This document shows, in pieces, positions 1-10,416 of a DNA stretch of 64,000 bases. Numbering within the stretch: position 1 is the first letter of the stretch; each line of letters starts with the position of its first letter. This DNA is from Nitrososphaerota archaeon (GTDB taxonomy: Archaea > Thermoproteota > Nitrososphaeria_A > Caldarchaeales > Calditenuaceae): positions 1,376,001 to 1,440,000 of the forward strand of contig JBEPYO010000001.1 in the NCBI GenBank assembly GCA_041641295.1, written 5' to 3'. The position numbers were made by a program, and so were the translations under genes. A model generated the notes under the pieces. The model made no database searches, was not told the DNA's origin, and saw nothing but the letters and a program-made list of their open reading frames with translations.

Positions 1-3000
1 CTCCCACAGGCTTGCGGCTGTGGCCTCGACAACTGTAGAGTCCCTGACAATGCATATCCTCTTGTTAAGACGCTGAGCAGTCAGTAGCGCAATGGAGGAG
101 AGATACCCGTCGTCAGATGATATGCAGACCAAGTCGCAGTCTTTGGCCGCCTCGATAACAGTTCTAGCATCAGAGGCTATCGAGCCTGAAGACGACAACC
201 TGACCACAGCGACCCTAACCATGTTTCTCTCCAACTCCTCTACCGCTCTTCTCAAATCCTCCTCAGAAGTTCCGCGCCATACGAGCTTAACTTCGCTAGG
301 ATTGTAAACGGATAGCAGCGGCAGGATATGCCCTAGGTCCCGTCCCAGCGGAGCTAAGACCCGAATAGTCAAGGAGGCATACTCTATGGTGAACTGGCGG
401 ATAAGCTGGGTTATCTCTCTAATATACTGGTCAATGAACCTAGCGTCCTGTGCCTCAATCTTCGATCGTAGGACAAGTGAGCACCACTCCCCCCGCCTAT
501 ACACCTCAAGTATGCAGACGGCCCTGAATGCTCTCTGCTCTGTTGAAGAATAGATGAATCTTATCCTGTGGACCCCTACCGTGACATCCTCTTCAACTCC
601 TTGGACGTTTATGTTCACAGTAGTGGTGTAGCTGTATTCGCTGAGCCTAGAGCTTATGTAGGTTGTGAAGTGTTTAATCCTTGATGCTTTAAGCTTGGCT
701 GGCAGCTCGACCTTCCAATACCCCTCATCGTCTAGAGTCTTCGTCAGGGTCCATTTCCAAGTCTGTGCCGGCGTGCTGAGTATGATGCTTCTACGAACCG
801 ATACGGTGTGTGAGGTAATGAAAATTATGGCGGAGAGTGTGAGAATCCCCATCAAGCTCTCCATCGATAGCTTGAAGTCAATGGGTATGGGTGCAACAGC
901 GGGTACAATTTTCAGGACGACAAGCGTCACCAACACTCCCAGAAACGCGGAGACGGTGCCGAGGAATAGGGCCTCTGCCAAAGTTAGCAGCATGATATGC
1001 CCAGGGTTGAGCCCCAGGGTTGACATTGTGAAGAATTCCCCTCTCCTCTCATAATAGTTGGCCAAGGAGGCGACCAAGAGGTTTAAGAAGGCGATACCTG
1101 CAACGACAAGAACCTCTCCACCCGAGATACCCCGTAACCCTACCAGGTTAAAGACGTAGACCTCACCCCCAGACTTAATGACCCTGACCTTGAGATTGGT
1201 GTGGAGGCTTATCACCTCGGCGAGTTCATAGATTTTATCGTCCCCTCCGCCTGTTGCGTATATTTTGGTGGGGATAGCACCTAGCCTCACAGCCTCGTCA
1301 AAGCCAGTCACTATTATGTTCGACCAGCCTGCGGGGGTAACGGGGGACATGGGAGGCTGGATAAGTGTGGAGGCAAAATATCCGTCGACGTCCTTAAGAT
1401 ACGTTGGGCAATCAATTCCAATTATTCCAACGACTCGAAGCTTTAGCATATTAACGATTATCTGAGAACCAACCGTGATTCCAAGATTCTCCGCCAAGTC
1501 CTGCGAAATGACTGAAGCTGAGGATTGCACCCCGACACTGTCTACCTCTCCAGAAATGATGCATTGTGACAGCTCTTTTGGCAGAGGATTATTGCCCGAA
1601 ACACCAATAATACCTCTCAGGTTATACCTCTTGTTGTTGATGTAGTATTCGGTGCCGCTTGGCGGCGCTATTGGCGTCTCGGCCCTCAGTCCGACATTCA
1701 AGCCGAGGCTTCTAAAGAAGCTTACATAGCGCGTATCCACAGCAGCCAAGTTATCGTATCTATATTCTCTGCTATACGCTATAATGTAGGGTGTATCTGG
1801 TGGGCTGGCTTTTTCTAGCGGGCTTGATACGAATACCTCGCTCTCGAAGCCCGTGTTGATAAGAAGCAGGGTGGATGACACCGTGATGGTAGCCATCGCC
1901 ACCATTATCCATGTTCTCATAGGCCGTGTCTTTAGAAACCTCTTCGCAACACTGAACGCTAGTGACGAGGCTGCAAGCAATGCGACTCCGCGCTGCGTCT
2001 TAACCTCAAGTCCGAGAGAAGGGATACTCAAGAATAGGCCTAGCATGGCAAGTATGCTATAGAGGAGGGCTGACCATCCCCACGCGTCACCAGGCAGTAA
2101 AAACGGATATGAGACTGCCATAAGGCCGAATGTAATAGCGGTAATCAAACCTAAACCCGCCAATATGCTGGACTTCTTCTCACCGAAGACTAGGTGGCTA
2201 AATGTTAGAGCTCCTAAAACCATGAAGAGCGGAAAGAGAATACCGCCTGAAACCCATCGACCCTCATAGCCTGACAATACCGCGCTGACTCCCACTAAGT
2301 CCATGTATGCCCTCCTAAGCAGCTGATATGCCTCGTCCAACCGACCCTGCTCAAACAACTCTCTCGAAGACTCGATACGCTCACTAGCCCTCTCAACCCT
2401 GGCTATTTGGTATCCTAGATAAACCCCTCTCCCGGTAAGATCCTCAAGCTTAGCCCAAGTCTCCGAGGCGACACCCTCCACCAGACTCATGGCCTGAGGA
2501 TATATTGCATGAAGCAGAGAGACCACCTGTGCTTTGCGGATTAGCCCTGTGAGATCTGCCGTCCAACTAGCCATCCCGCCTCCCGCAGCCTCAAATTCCC
2601 CATACAGCCTATAGCCTAGGGAGAGTGGGACAAGGACCTCTCCTTCTCCAAGCCCAACTATCCGCTTCAACTCGTCGACATTATGGCTCCAGCGCATTGT
2701 CTTAGGATAAGTCGACCCACCACCCTCCAGTTCGAGCCTATAGTGGACCACCAATGGGCTTCCATCGATCCAGGGAAACAGCTCAACAAACTTCACTATG
2801 ACAGCCCTCTCAAGCACAATCACAGGCTCTAAGCCTGAATCCGTGAAACTTTCTAGAGAGGTGTTAATCGTGAGATAGGCCTCCCCGCTCCCTACCAATG
2901 GACCCACTAGGCGTGCTCCCATTATAGCCGGAACCACCAGCCTTCCACCCACTGTCTCAAGCACTACCTTCGAGCCTGAAGGCTCCTGCAGTACAAACCT

Positions 3001-3168
3001 CACCCCGTCTTCCACGGGCCTATTATCACTCCTCAAAACAGTGAAAACTATCATGGACTGCGCGACATCCTGCGTACTCGCAACGGCACAGCTAACGAGA
3101 ATGTACAAGACAATAAACAGGGTAATCGTCGCAAAAATTGCTGAGCGGGGAGCCATTCTACCCTGCAT
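1..3168 (-). CDS. Large FtsX/MacB-type ABC permease-like membrane protein, 3' end truncated by window edge; possible CARF-like C-terminal domain
   Basis: Absent from the ORF track because no stop lies in the window. Manual translation of several segments: start MQGRMAPRSAIFATITLFIVLYILVSCAVA (signal peptide), TM clusters, FtsX motif 'YYERRGEFFTMSTLGLNPGHIMLLTLAEALFLG' (~950-1060), soluble alpha/beta tail. Confidence 0.75.
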   Translation of the reverse strand, partial: MQGRMAPRSAIFATITLFIVLYILVSCAVASTQDVAQSMIVFTVLRSDNRPVEDGVRFVLQEPSGSKVVLETVGGRLVVPAIMGARLVGPLVGSGEAYLTINTSLESFTDSGLEPVIVLERAVIVKFVELFPWIDGSPLVVHYRLELEGGGSTYPKTMRWSHNVDELKRIVGLGEGEVLVPLSLGYRLYGEFEAAGGGMASWTADLTGLIRKAQVVSLLHAIYPQAMSLVEGVASETWAKLEDLTGRGVYLGYQIARVERASERIESSRELFEQGRLDEAYQLLRRAYMDLVGVSAVLSGYEGRWVSGGILFPLFMVLGALTFSHLVFGEKKSSILAGLGLITAITFGLMAVSYPFLLPGDAWGWSALLYSILAMLGLFLSIPSLGLEVKTQRGVALLAASSLAFSVAKRFLKTRPMRTWIMVAMATITVSSTLLLINTGFESEVFVSSPLEKASPPDTPYIIAYSREYRYDNLAAVDTRYVSFFRSLGLNVGLRAETPIAPPSGTEYYINNKRYNLRGIIGVSGNNPLPKELSQCIISGEVDSVGVQSSASVISQDLAENLGITVGSQIIVNMLKLRVVGIIGIDCPTYLKDVDGYFASTLIQPPMSPVTPAGWSNIIVTGFDEAVRLGAIPTKIYATGGGDDKIYELAEVISLHTNLKVRVIKSGGEVYVFNLVGLRGISGGEVLVVAGIAFLNLLVASLANYYERRGEFFTMSTLGLNPGHIMLLTLAEALFLGTVSAFLGVLVTLVVLKIVPAVAPIPIDFKLSMESLMGILTLSAIIFITSHTVSVRRSIILSTPAQTWKWTLTKTLDDEGYWKVELPAKLKASRIKHFTTYISSRLSEYSYTTTVNINVQGVEEDVTVGVHRIRFIYSSTEQRAFRAVCILEVYRRGEWCSLVLRSKIEAQDARFIDQYIREITQLIRQFTIEYASLTIRVLAPLGRDLGHILPLLSVYNPSEVKLVWRGTSEEDLRRAVEELERNMVRVAVVRLSSSGSIASDARTVIEAAKDCDLVCISSDDGYLSSIALLTAQRLNKRICIVRDSTVVEATAASLWE

Positions 3169-3244
3169 AAGTGAACGCGGCGTATAAATCTTATTCAGCA
3201 TATTCATCTATTAATTTCACTACCCACAATAAATTGGCGGTTAC

Positions 3245-4789
3245 ATGAAGTCGAAGCTCAACGCAAATCACACACTATACATTATTGCATTGGCTGGCGT
3301 AGTTTTAGCTGGGACCATAATAAGATTCTCAAACCTAAGCGCTGAGAGCGGATGGCACGACTACGATGAGGGCGTTCACCTCTCGGCATCCCTCCTCCTG
3401 TCAAAAGGCTATACCCCCTATATTGACTTCTTTTTCGCCCACCCTCCACTATCTCTCTACGTCTTAGAATTTGTCGTGGGTGATGGGGGACCCCAAGCGT
3501 ATGCACATGCTAGGGCCATATCAGCAGCGCTAGGATCCGCGACTCTGGTTGTTCTAGCTGCCGCAGCATTCATTTCTGTCGGAAAACTGGCCGCGCTAAT
3601 AGGTACGGCTTTTCTCGCCTTTGATGGATTTGCCTCCTATAATTCGCGCATGGTCATGCTCGAGCCATACGTTGACTTCTTTCTCTCGGTCTCTGTACTC
3701 TGCTACGTTTTACTTCGCAAGTGTCGAACCCATTTTCAGGAAACATTGGTTTCGACCTCCTCCGGAATTGCATTGGGCCTTTCTCTTTCCTCCAAAATGA
3801 GCGCCCTATTTGGGGCAGCTGCAATTCTACTACACGCAATAGTATCGAGAAGAATCCGCGTAACAGCCCTCATCCTCTCGTCAGCCATCATTACATATCT
3901 ATTGATTAGTTCAAAATTCCTATTAGCAGATCCTGATACCTATCTAAAGGAGACAGTACTCTTTCATATAGTCCGCCCTCCAGACGGCATAGATCAGCGG
4001 CTACGCTGGATACTGACATCAATTCTTGATTTAGGCGTTACTTGGGCCGGGTTCCCAGCCCTTTTCTCAGCACTACTCATGGCCCCTTCCCTCATCCGCT
4101 CTAAGCTTGTGTCAAGTGACTCCTATCTCTGGATAATGTGGAGCCTCTCTTACATAATCGCCTTCTCTTTGACAAAGACCTTCTTCGGCCACTATATCCA
4201 ACACATCATAACTCCACTCTCCTATGTTATAGGCGTGGCTATAGATTTTGGGTCAAAGGTGAGGATTTTGCCTTGGAAGGTGTCGACAACCCACGTTTTC
4301 CTGACGAAAATTATTCCGATTTGGATACTCTCTATGGCTCTACTACAGGCTGGAATAATATCTGTAGCAAATCCACCCGCCTCTAAGGATGATACGCCAG
4401 TCAGAGTTTCCGAGAAGCTGATAGAGCTGGGAGCAGCCCAATCTTCGGTTATTGCCTTCGAACCAATATACACTTTCTTAGCCGGAAAGTATCCATCAAA
4501 CATGGTGATAGACTCGTATGGATACATGATGTATGAAGGCATGGGTTTAGGAAGCTATGGTTTCTTCGAGGCGCTACTGAAGTATTTTTCAGGCGGTCTA
4601 TACAGTTCTTGGCCTATACACGAGCAGAAAGTACAGGAGAAAGTGGTGAGAGACATTCTTGGCAGCCACTACATCATTATTGATTGGCGTGCTAGGTGGC
4701 AACTCACAAGCGCCTCCCTCTCCACGGTCTATCAACACACCACCTGCATTGCAAGGATAAGAAACATTGAAATTTGTAGAATATCATAG
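3245..4789 (+). CDS. GT-C fold glycosyltransferase (ArnT/PMT family)
   Basis: Multi-TM; 'DYDEGVH' after TM1, 'HPPL', 'SRMVMLEP' motifs. Confidence 0.8.
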   Translation: MKSKLNANHTLYIIALAGVVLAGTIIRFSNLSAESGWHDYDEGVHLSASLLLSKGYTPYIDFFFAHPPLSLYVLEFVVGDGGPQAYAHARAISAALGSATLVVLAAAAFISVGKLAALIGTAFLAFDGFASYNSRMVMLEPYVDFFLSVSVLCYVLLRKCRTHFQETLVSTSSGIALGLSLSSKMSALFGAAAILLHAIVSRRIRVTALILSSAIITYLLISSKFLLADPDTYLKETVLFHIVRPPDGIDQRLRWILTSILDLGVTWAGFPALFSALLMAPSLIRSKLVSSDSYLWIMWSLSYIIAFSLTKTFFGHYIQHIITPLSYVIGVAIDFGSKVRILPWKVSTTHVFLTKIIPIWILSMALLQAGIISVANPPASKDDTPVRVSEKLIELGAAQSSVIAFEPIYTFLAGKYPSNMVIDSYGYMMYEGMGLGSYGFFEALLKYFSGGLYSSWPIHEQKVQEKVVRDILGSHYIIIDWRARWQLTSASLSTVYQHTTCIARIRNIEICRIS

Positions 4790-5419
4790 GAAGGCGAGCC
4801 TCGACTCAAGCTCCCTAGAAAACCCGAGAAGCTTGCCAGCGAGGTAGTCGAGCAGTTCATAGATCCTTTTAACAATTGGGCCAAACCTCCACTCGGAGCC
4901 GGGGCCCTTGATCGCTGTTATGAGCCAGCCGACCATCGTGGGCGACTCATAGTATTTTCTGACAGTCTCGTCGGATAGGGTGGCCCCACCCAGCTCAAAG
5001 TAAGTGTTTATGTAGAGCTCATCTATGGAAGAGCGTTTAAGCAATCGTTGGAGGTTTTCGTCCCTGTTCAGCAAGGTAAGCAAGTCGTTTTCAGGTGTTA
5101 TCTCGGGGAAGACCCTCTTGAGCAGCTCGCCTGTCACCCACTCATAGGAATATCTCAGTATTCCTCTCCTCTTTATCTGAACCTCTCTACGCTTCATCTC
5201 TCTATAAAGACGCAACCCAGCTTCGTCGACCTCCTCCCGTATAATTAATGGTGTCACGAAGTGCCATTCCCAGTCAAAAGATATTCCCACCAGCCTTCGG
5301 GATACTTTGAGGTTGGATATGTTTGAATCTTTCAGGAGAATGACCCAGCCATCGAGGTCCCACGCTATGTTAGAAATCTTGTCGCCGAGAGCAAGTTTGA
5401 TAGTTTCTAGTTCGCTCAC
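4784..5419 (-). CDS. Hypothetical soluble protein
   Basis: 211-aa ORF directly downstream of the DUF6785-like gene; natural composition. Confidence 0.65.
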   Translation of the reverse strand: MSELETIKLALGDKISNIAWDLDGWVILLKDSNISNLKVSRRLVGISFDWEWHFVTPLIIREEVDEAGLRLYREMKRREVQIKRRGILRYSYEWVTGELLKRVFPEITPENDLLTLLNRDENLQRLLKRSSIDELYINTYFELGGATLSDETVRKYYESPTMVGWLITAIKGPGSEWRFGPIVKRIYELLDYLAGKLLGFSRELESRLAFL

Positions 5420-5458
5420 TTTCCATCCACTAGAATTGGCGAGGGCAGAAAAAAGTGT

Positions 5459-7552
5459 TTAGGGTACGAATTGGGCTGAGAATCTCGGCAGCACCACGGC
5501 GAAGAACTCTATGAGCCCTGCTAGGAGGATTGGCGCGCCGAAGCCAAGCGATATGCCTGCAGCGAGGGGGATGACGTATGACTCGAATCTTCTCACACCT
5601 ATGGTCCTGATCAGTACCACCTTTATTATCAGGGCCACTAGGCCTGATAGCCAAGTCCATATCAGGCCCACTGCCATGCTCATGGTTAGCGAGGTTGGGT
5701 CGATGAAGAACCATGCAAACCTTGACCTCAGGAACCAGACGACGGCTACAATTATGATTCCGATAAGTCCGTAGGTGAGGCCTGGTACCCAGTCTGTCGC
5801 ACCTACTGGGACGTAAGATGTTCCTCCTATGAAGTTGCTGAATTTCATGCCGGATGTCCATGCCCATGCATTAGAGTTCGCAAGACCTCCAGCGTGGTTG
5901 AGAAGCCATATTCTCCACACGTACCCAAACACCACGCCAATCGCTATGATCGTTGAAGCAGCCACTAGGGCGTCTCGGACATTGGTGCCTGTCTCTCTGG
6001 CAATCTTGTAATATGTCACGGCGGCTCCTGGCCCGAAGCCGTTGACCCTGAGAGTCCATGTATTGTTGAATGGGATTGTGAGTATGCCTGTGGCGAAGAG
6101 CCCGAAGTTTGTGGTTCCGGTTGTTGGTACAGTTGCAGGCCAATATCCCAGCGCGACGCCCAGTGGGAAGATGTAGGTGCCCACTCCTCCGTTGTTCGCG
6201 AAGTCGTCTACGTGCCACCACATCGTCGCGGTTACTCTCGCCAGAGCAGTCCAGTAGATGTATGCAAACACCACCATTGCTAATGCAATGATGAATGGAA
6301 CCCCGGATGCCGTAAAGAGGGCTAGAATCGCTATGGTAACTATTAATCCAAACCATGCGATAGATCTTGTAGATAGTCCATACTCGTCTTCAGATCTTCC
6401 TCTTAATGCGCGGGCAAGATCCATGAATCGTGATCTGAGCGTTATCAAAGTGATTATGCCTAGCCCCACCATCATTCCTAGTATTCCTACGTGTCTGTAT
6501 GGGAATGGGAACCAGTTGGCTGGAATGTCCTCCCAGTTCCAGAGGAACTCCATTCCGGGGTTGTAGGGCAGTGCCCCGCTTATGACGCCGATCCACTGAT
6601 AGAGGAGGCCAAAGACGACATATGCTAGTACGGCCGTTATGAGTAGATTGTTTGGCAGCAATAGCCAGAGCGCCACTTGGTCGACCTGGAATACACCCTT
6701 TGCCATTGCGCCTGGCATTATCGATGGAAGCCCGAAGATCAGTATTGGTTGCTCTCCCCAAGCGAATGCTCCGAAGACAGCTAACGGTGGAACAATCTCG
6801 CCAAACACGGGTATGAGCGAGGCTATCAGACCTATGAAGAAAGCCACCCAGAACACTCTAAGAGTTGGCTCTTGCAATCGGAACCATCTCGACTTATTCG
6901 TAGCCGGATCAATGTCGGACGCGTTTCGTATCATGTAAATCATCGGGATTGAGAGCGGGAAGATAAGGCGCTCTACATCAACCCATCTTCTCCCCCAAAC
7001 GCCGAACCCGAGGAAGAGGGCCAGATAGTACATTAGAATTGTGTAGAGCGACCAGTAAATTATCGGCGGAAGGAACTCGCCCCAGAGGATTTGCTGGCCT
7101 GGCGTCAACCCTGTCTGCCAAGCAGCAATCATTGTGGGATCCTTTGGAAACATCCAGGGGGGAGTCATCATCCGCCAATACTCCCCAGTGGTCGGGTCGT
7201 TCATCCCAGCACCAACCGATACGATCGTCTTCTCTATGTAGCCTGAAAGAGCCTCGCCACCGCTCAAGGCACCCTTCGGATAGTACTTTATGCTGTTAAC
7301 AAGGGCGAGCGCTGGGAAGATGCATACGAGCTCCTGTGCAGTTAGCCTGAGCCGTGGATTGGCGCGGCCTATCAGCTCGTTGAGTAGTACGATGTAGATG
7401 AAGGGGAGCCAGAAGGCGTTGATTGTGCCGGTCTTCGACGTGTATAGCCATGTCATGTCGCCTATTGCTTGGGCAACGATCACCAAGATTGCGCCGATTA
7501 ATATGGACCTTGCGGTTAATCCTCTTATAACGGAAGGTGGTTGTGCGCTCAT
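5459..7552 (-). CDS. DUF6785/DUF6784-like, OPT-related multi-pass transporter
   Basis: 'GLTARSILIG', 'LTAQEL', 'RRWVDVERLIFPL', C-terminal 'LRSRFAWFFIDP...KVVLIRTIG'; many TM helices. Confidence 0.7.
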   Translation of the reverse strand: MSAQPPSVIRGLTARSILIGAILVIVAQAIGDMTWLYTSKTGTINAFWLPFIYIVLLNELIGRANPRLRLTAQELVCIFPALALVNSIKYYPKGALSGGEALSGYIEKTIVSVGAGMNDPTTGEYWRMMTPPWMFPKDPTMIAAWQTGLTPGQQILWGEFLPPIIYWSLYTILMYYLALFLGFGVWGRRWVDVERLIFPLSIPMIYMIRNASDIDPATNKSRWFRLQEPTLRVFWVAFFIGLIASLIPVFGEIVPPLAVFGAFAWGEQPILIFGLPSIMPGAMAKGVFQVDQVALWLLLPNNLLITAVLAYVVFGLLYQWIGVISGALPYNPGMEFLWNWEDIPANWFPFPYRHVGILGMMVGLGIITLITLRSRFMDLARALRGRSEDEYGLSTRSIAWFGLIVTIAILALFTASGVPFIIALAMVVFAYIYWTALARVTATMWWHVDDFANNGGVGTYIFPLGVALGYWPATVPTTGTTNFGLFATGILTIPFNNTWTLRVNGFGPGAAVTYYKIARETGTNVRDALVAASTIIAIGVVFGYVWRIWLLNHAGGLANSNAWAWTSGMKFSNFIGGTSYVPVGATDWVPGLTYGLIGIIIVAVVWFLRSRFAWFFIDPTSLTMSMAVGLIWTWLSGLVALIIKVVLIRTIGVRRFESYVIPLAAGISLGFGAPILLAGLIEFFAVVLPRFSAQFVP

Positions 7553-7673
7553 TTTCTCGGTTAAGGATGCAATTTACTTTTATATAAATCTTACTTGCAA
7601 TCAATTTAAATGGGGTTGCTTATCTTGCGGATAAATCTATAAAAAGGGCTATATGGATTGAAATGTAACTGAT

Positions 7674-9581
7674 TTGGTGACGGAGCTGAAAGAGGCTCAG
7701 CCCTCCGAAGAATTAGAATATGGTATTTCGTGGAGGGTGATTCTAGCAATTTTAACCGCTGCTGTCCTGTTCATACCCGTATCACTTTACCTTAACCTCA
7801 TATCTGGTGCACTCTCCCCAGCTATTGCAGTTACGATAATAGCGATACTCTTCGCGGAGCTTACAAGATTTTTTGGAACACCACTGAGAAAGCAGGAGTT
7901 ATTCGTCATTTACAGCAGCGTTGCAGTCATGTCTTCTACTCTTCCCCCCTACTACTGGTTAGTCTATAGGACGTTCTATGTCACCACGCCTATTACCCAA
8001 TATTTCTTGATTGATGGAACCCCTATTAACCAGCTAGTTCCTACGTGGCTGGCGCCACCTACCTTCTCGCCTGTCTACCAGCTCAGAACACTCCTTCACC
8101 CCGATTGGGTCTCAGCGTTAATCGTGACTGGGCTTTCATTCGCCCTGCTGGCCATGGCGGAGATCGGCCTAGCAATCATGTTCACATACATATTCGTCAA
8201 AGAGGAGAAGCTGAGGTATCCGTTAGCGCACGTTGAGGCGTCTCTAATAAATGTCCTAATAGAGAGAAAGGAGCAGCAGATGTCCATATACATTCTTGGC
8301 ATCCTCACAGGTGTTATCTACGCTTTCATGACCTATGCAGGTTTCCTGTTTGGTGTCCCTCTCCTCCCAATACCTTGGTTCGACTTTGTCTGGCTTACCG
8401 AGAAGTATATTCCCGGAGCACTGGTCGGAATTGCCACAGACCCATTCACGCTAGGACTAGGTATGGTCCTTCCAATCAAAGTCGCAGTATCAACCCTAAT
8501 CGGATCTACAGCAATCTGGATTGTAGCCAATACAATCTTCACCTCTTCACCCAACTTCTTCCCTCTCTGGTTCTCAGAATACTACAAGGGAATGACCATA
8601 GGCTCAATATATCAGAGGTCCTTCCAGAGGATATGGATTAGTCCACAATTCGGCTTCATAATAGGTATCGCCATTGCATTGATCCTCGCATATCATAAAA
8701 CCTTCTCAAGGAGTCTGAGGCTCTTCGCATCCGCAGTTATCAGGCCGCGGGAGGCAGACCTTCCCCTAAGATTCTCACTAATTCTATTTCTATTCTCATC
8801 CCTTGGATCAGTTGTCCTATTCCTGGTGCTGGTCCCTGGTTTTCCAGCATGGGTAGCCCTCCTCACCTCGGTCGGGCTTAGCTTTTTCATAGCGATGATC
8901 GCAGCCAGATCCTTCGGAGAGGTGGGATATTTCCCGGCAATACCTTGGCCCTGGCAGGTCATCGTCTATTTCACCCCCTATAAAGGTTATGCCGGGTGGG
9001 TCTACTCGCCCTACATCAACTTGGGATATACGGGATATCTGACCCAGCTGGGAAAGGTCAGCTACCTCACCTCCACGCGCCCAACACACTACTTCATAGG
9101 CGTCGCAGCAGCCTTCGCACTGGTCGGTATAGTAGGACTAATAGCCATGGACTTTTTCTGGCGACTTTCACCAATCCCGTCGAATGTCTATCCGATCACG
9201 ATGATTTACTGGCCGATATACGCGACTAATGACAGCCTATTCGCAACGCGGCAGATCGCTGTGATACCAGAGCACCTCGGAATAGGAGCCCTGTCAGCAC
9301 TTGGGATAGTATCCCTCGAGGTCTTGTTCCAAAGGATTGGCCTGGCTTTCCCAACATTCCCCATAGTGCTTGGGTTCTTTATACTCCCACCATACGCACT
9401 CACAATACTAATCGGCTCTCTATTAGCCAACCTCGTCATCTCAAGATCTTTCGGTAGGGAGAGGTGGGAGTCTATGAAAAACTTCTTCATAGCGGGATTC
9501 TTCTCGGGGCTTGGCATAACGGTGGGCGTTGGAATTTCGTTTACTCTACTTTCAAAGGCTTCATGGATATGGCCTTGGTGA
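7674..9581 (+). CDS. OPT-family-like multi-pass transporter
   Basis: 'GISWRVILA', 'LRKQELFVIY', 'EEKLRYPLAHV', 'LSPIPSNVYP' motifs; many TMs. Confidence 0.7.
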   Translation: MVTELKEAQPSEELEYGISWRVILAILTAAVLFIPVSLYLNLISGALSPAIAVTIIAILFAELTRFFGTPLRKQELFVIYSSVAVMSSTLPPYYWLVYRTFYVTTPITQYFLIDGTPINQLVPTWLAPPTFSPVYQLRTLLHPDWVSALIVTGLSFALLAMAEIGLAIMFTYIFVKEEKLRYPLAHVEASLINVLIERKEQQMSIYILGILTGVIYAFMTYAGFLFGVPLLPIPWFDFVWLTEKYIPGALVGIATDPFTLGLGMVLPIKVAVSTLIGSTAIWIVANTIFTSSPNFFPLWFSEYYKGMTIGSIYQRSFQRIWISPQFGFIIGIAIALILAYHKTFSRSLRLFASAVIRPREADLPLRFSLILFLFSSLGSVVLFLVLVPGFPAWVALLTSVGLSFFIAMIAARSFGEVGYFPAIPWPWQVIVYFTPYKGYAGWVYSPYINLGYTGYLTQLGKVSYLTSTRPTHYFIGVAAAFALVGIVGLIAMDFFWRLSPIPSNVYPITMIYWPIYATNDSLFATRQIAVIPEHLGIGALSALGIVSLEVLFQRIGLAFPTFPIVLGFFILPPYALTILIGSLLANLVISRSFGRERWESMKNFFIAGFFSGLGITVGVGISFTLLSKASWIWPW

Positions 9582-9615
9582 CTCAAAACATTATATTCCC
9601 CCTCTCAAAAGGTGA

Positions 9616-10410
9616 ATGGGTGTGAAGCTCTCTTGCCAAGATAACCTAGTGCCGGGCGGCACACTAGCTGAGAAGCTTGAGAACCTAGAGAAGTTAGGAT
9701 TTAGCGGCATAGAGCTCTGGGGTCGACCGCAATTGGGAGAGAAGATAAGAGAGGTGAGGGAGGTGTTAGCCTCCTATAAGGTGAAGCCCTCAGTTATTTG
9801 CGCCGGGTATGGCGGCGACCTTCTCAGTCCAGACAAAGACGCGAGGACAAAGGCGGTTGAGGATATTGTCCAGAGGCTTGAATGGGCAGGAGTGATTGGA
9901 GCTATTGGGGTTATATTTGTACCAACCTTTGGGGGCGCCAAGCTTCCTGATTTATCACCACTATACCAGAGTGTGGCGGAGCTCGAAAAGAAGCTACTAG
10001 TTGCCGAATGCAAGATTCTGGCTAAAAAGGGAGAGGAGCTCGGCGTGTGCGCCATTTTAGAGCCCCTCAACAGGTATGAGACACATCTCATAAATAGGCT
10101 TGAGCAGGGATTGGAAATCATCGAAGAAGTGGGCTCGGATGGTCTGAAATTAATGGCTGATTTCTTCCACATGAACATAGAGGAGAGCAGCATCTCGGAT
10201 GCCCTCTCACAAGCGTCAAGACACATAGTTCACGTACATTTAGCAGACAGCAACCGTCAGCTTCCCGGGTACGGACATACAGACTTCACTCCAATAAAGA
10301 CACTCCTTTCGAAAGGGTATGACAAGTATTTCTCTCTGGAGTGCAGAATAACTGGAGACCCCCTAGAGGAGCTGCGTAAATTTGTTAAATTCATTTCGCG
10401 GTACGGGTGA
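9616..10410 (+). CDS. Sugar phosphate isomerase/epimerase (xylose isomerase-like TIM barrel)
   Basis: 'LEPLNRYE', 'DFFHMNIEE', 'HVHLADSNRQLPGYG' motifs. Confidence 0.88.
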   Translation: MGVKLSCQDNLVPGGTLAEKLENLEKLGFSGIELWGRPQLGEKIREVREVLASYKVKPSVICAGYGGDLLSPDKDARTKAVEDIVQRLEWAGVIGAIGVIFVPTFGGAKLPDLSPLYQSVAELEKKLLVAECKILAKKGEELGVCAILEPLNRYETHLINRLEQGLEIIEEVGSDGLKLMADFFHMNIEESSISDALSQASRHIVHVHLADSNRQLPGYGHTDFTPIKTLLSKGYDKYFSLECRITGDPLEELRKFVKFISRYG

Positions 10411-10416
10411 GGCTAC

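Noticed and set aside
92-2062. Short + strand ORFs in the first 2 kb
   Set aside because: Antisense shadows of the large minus-strand permease gene
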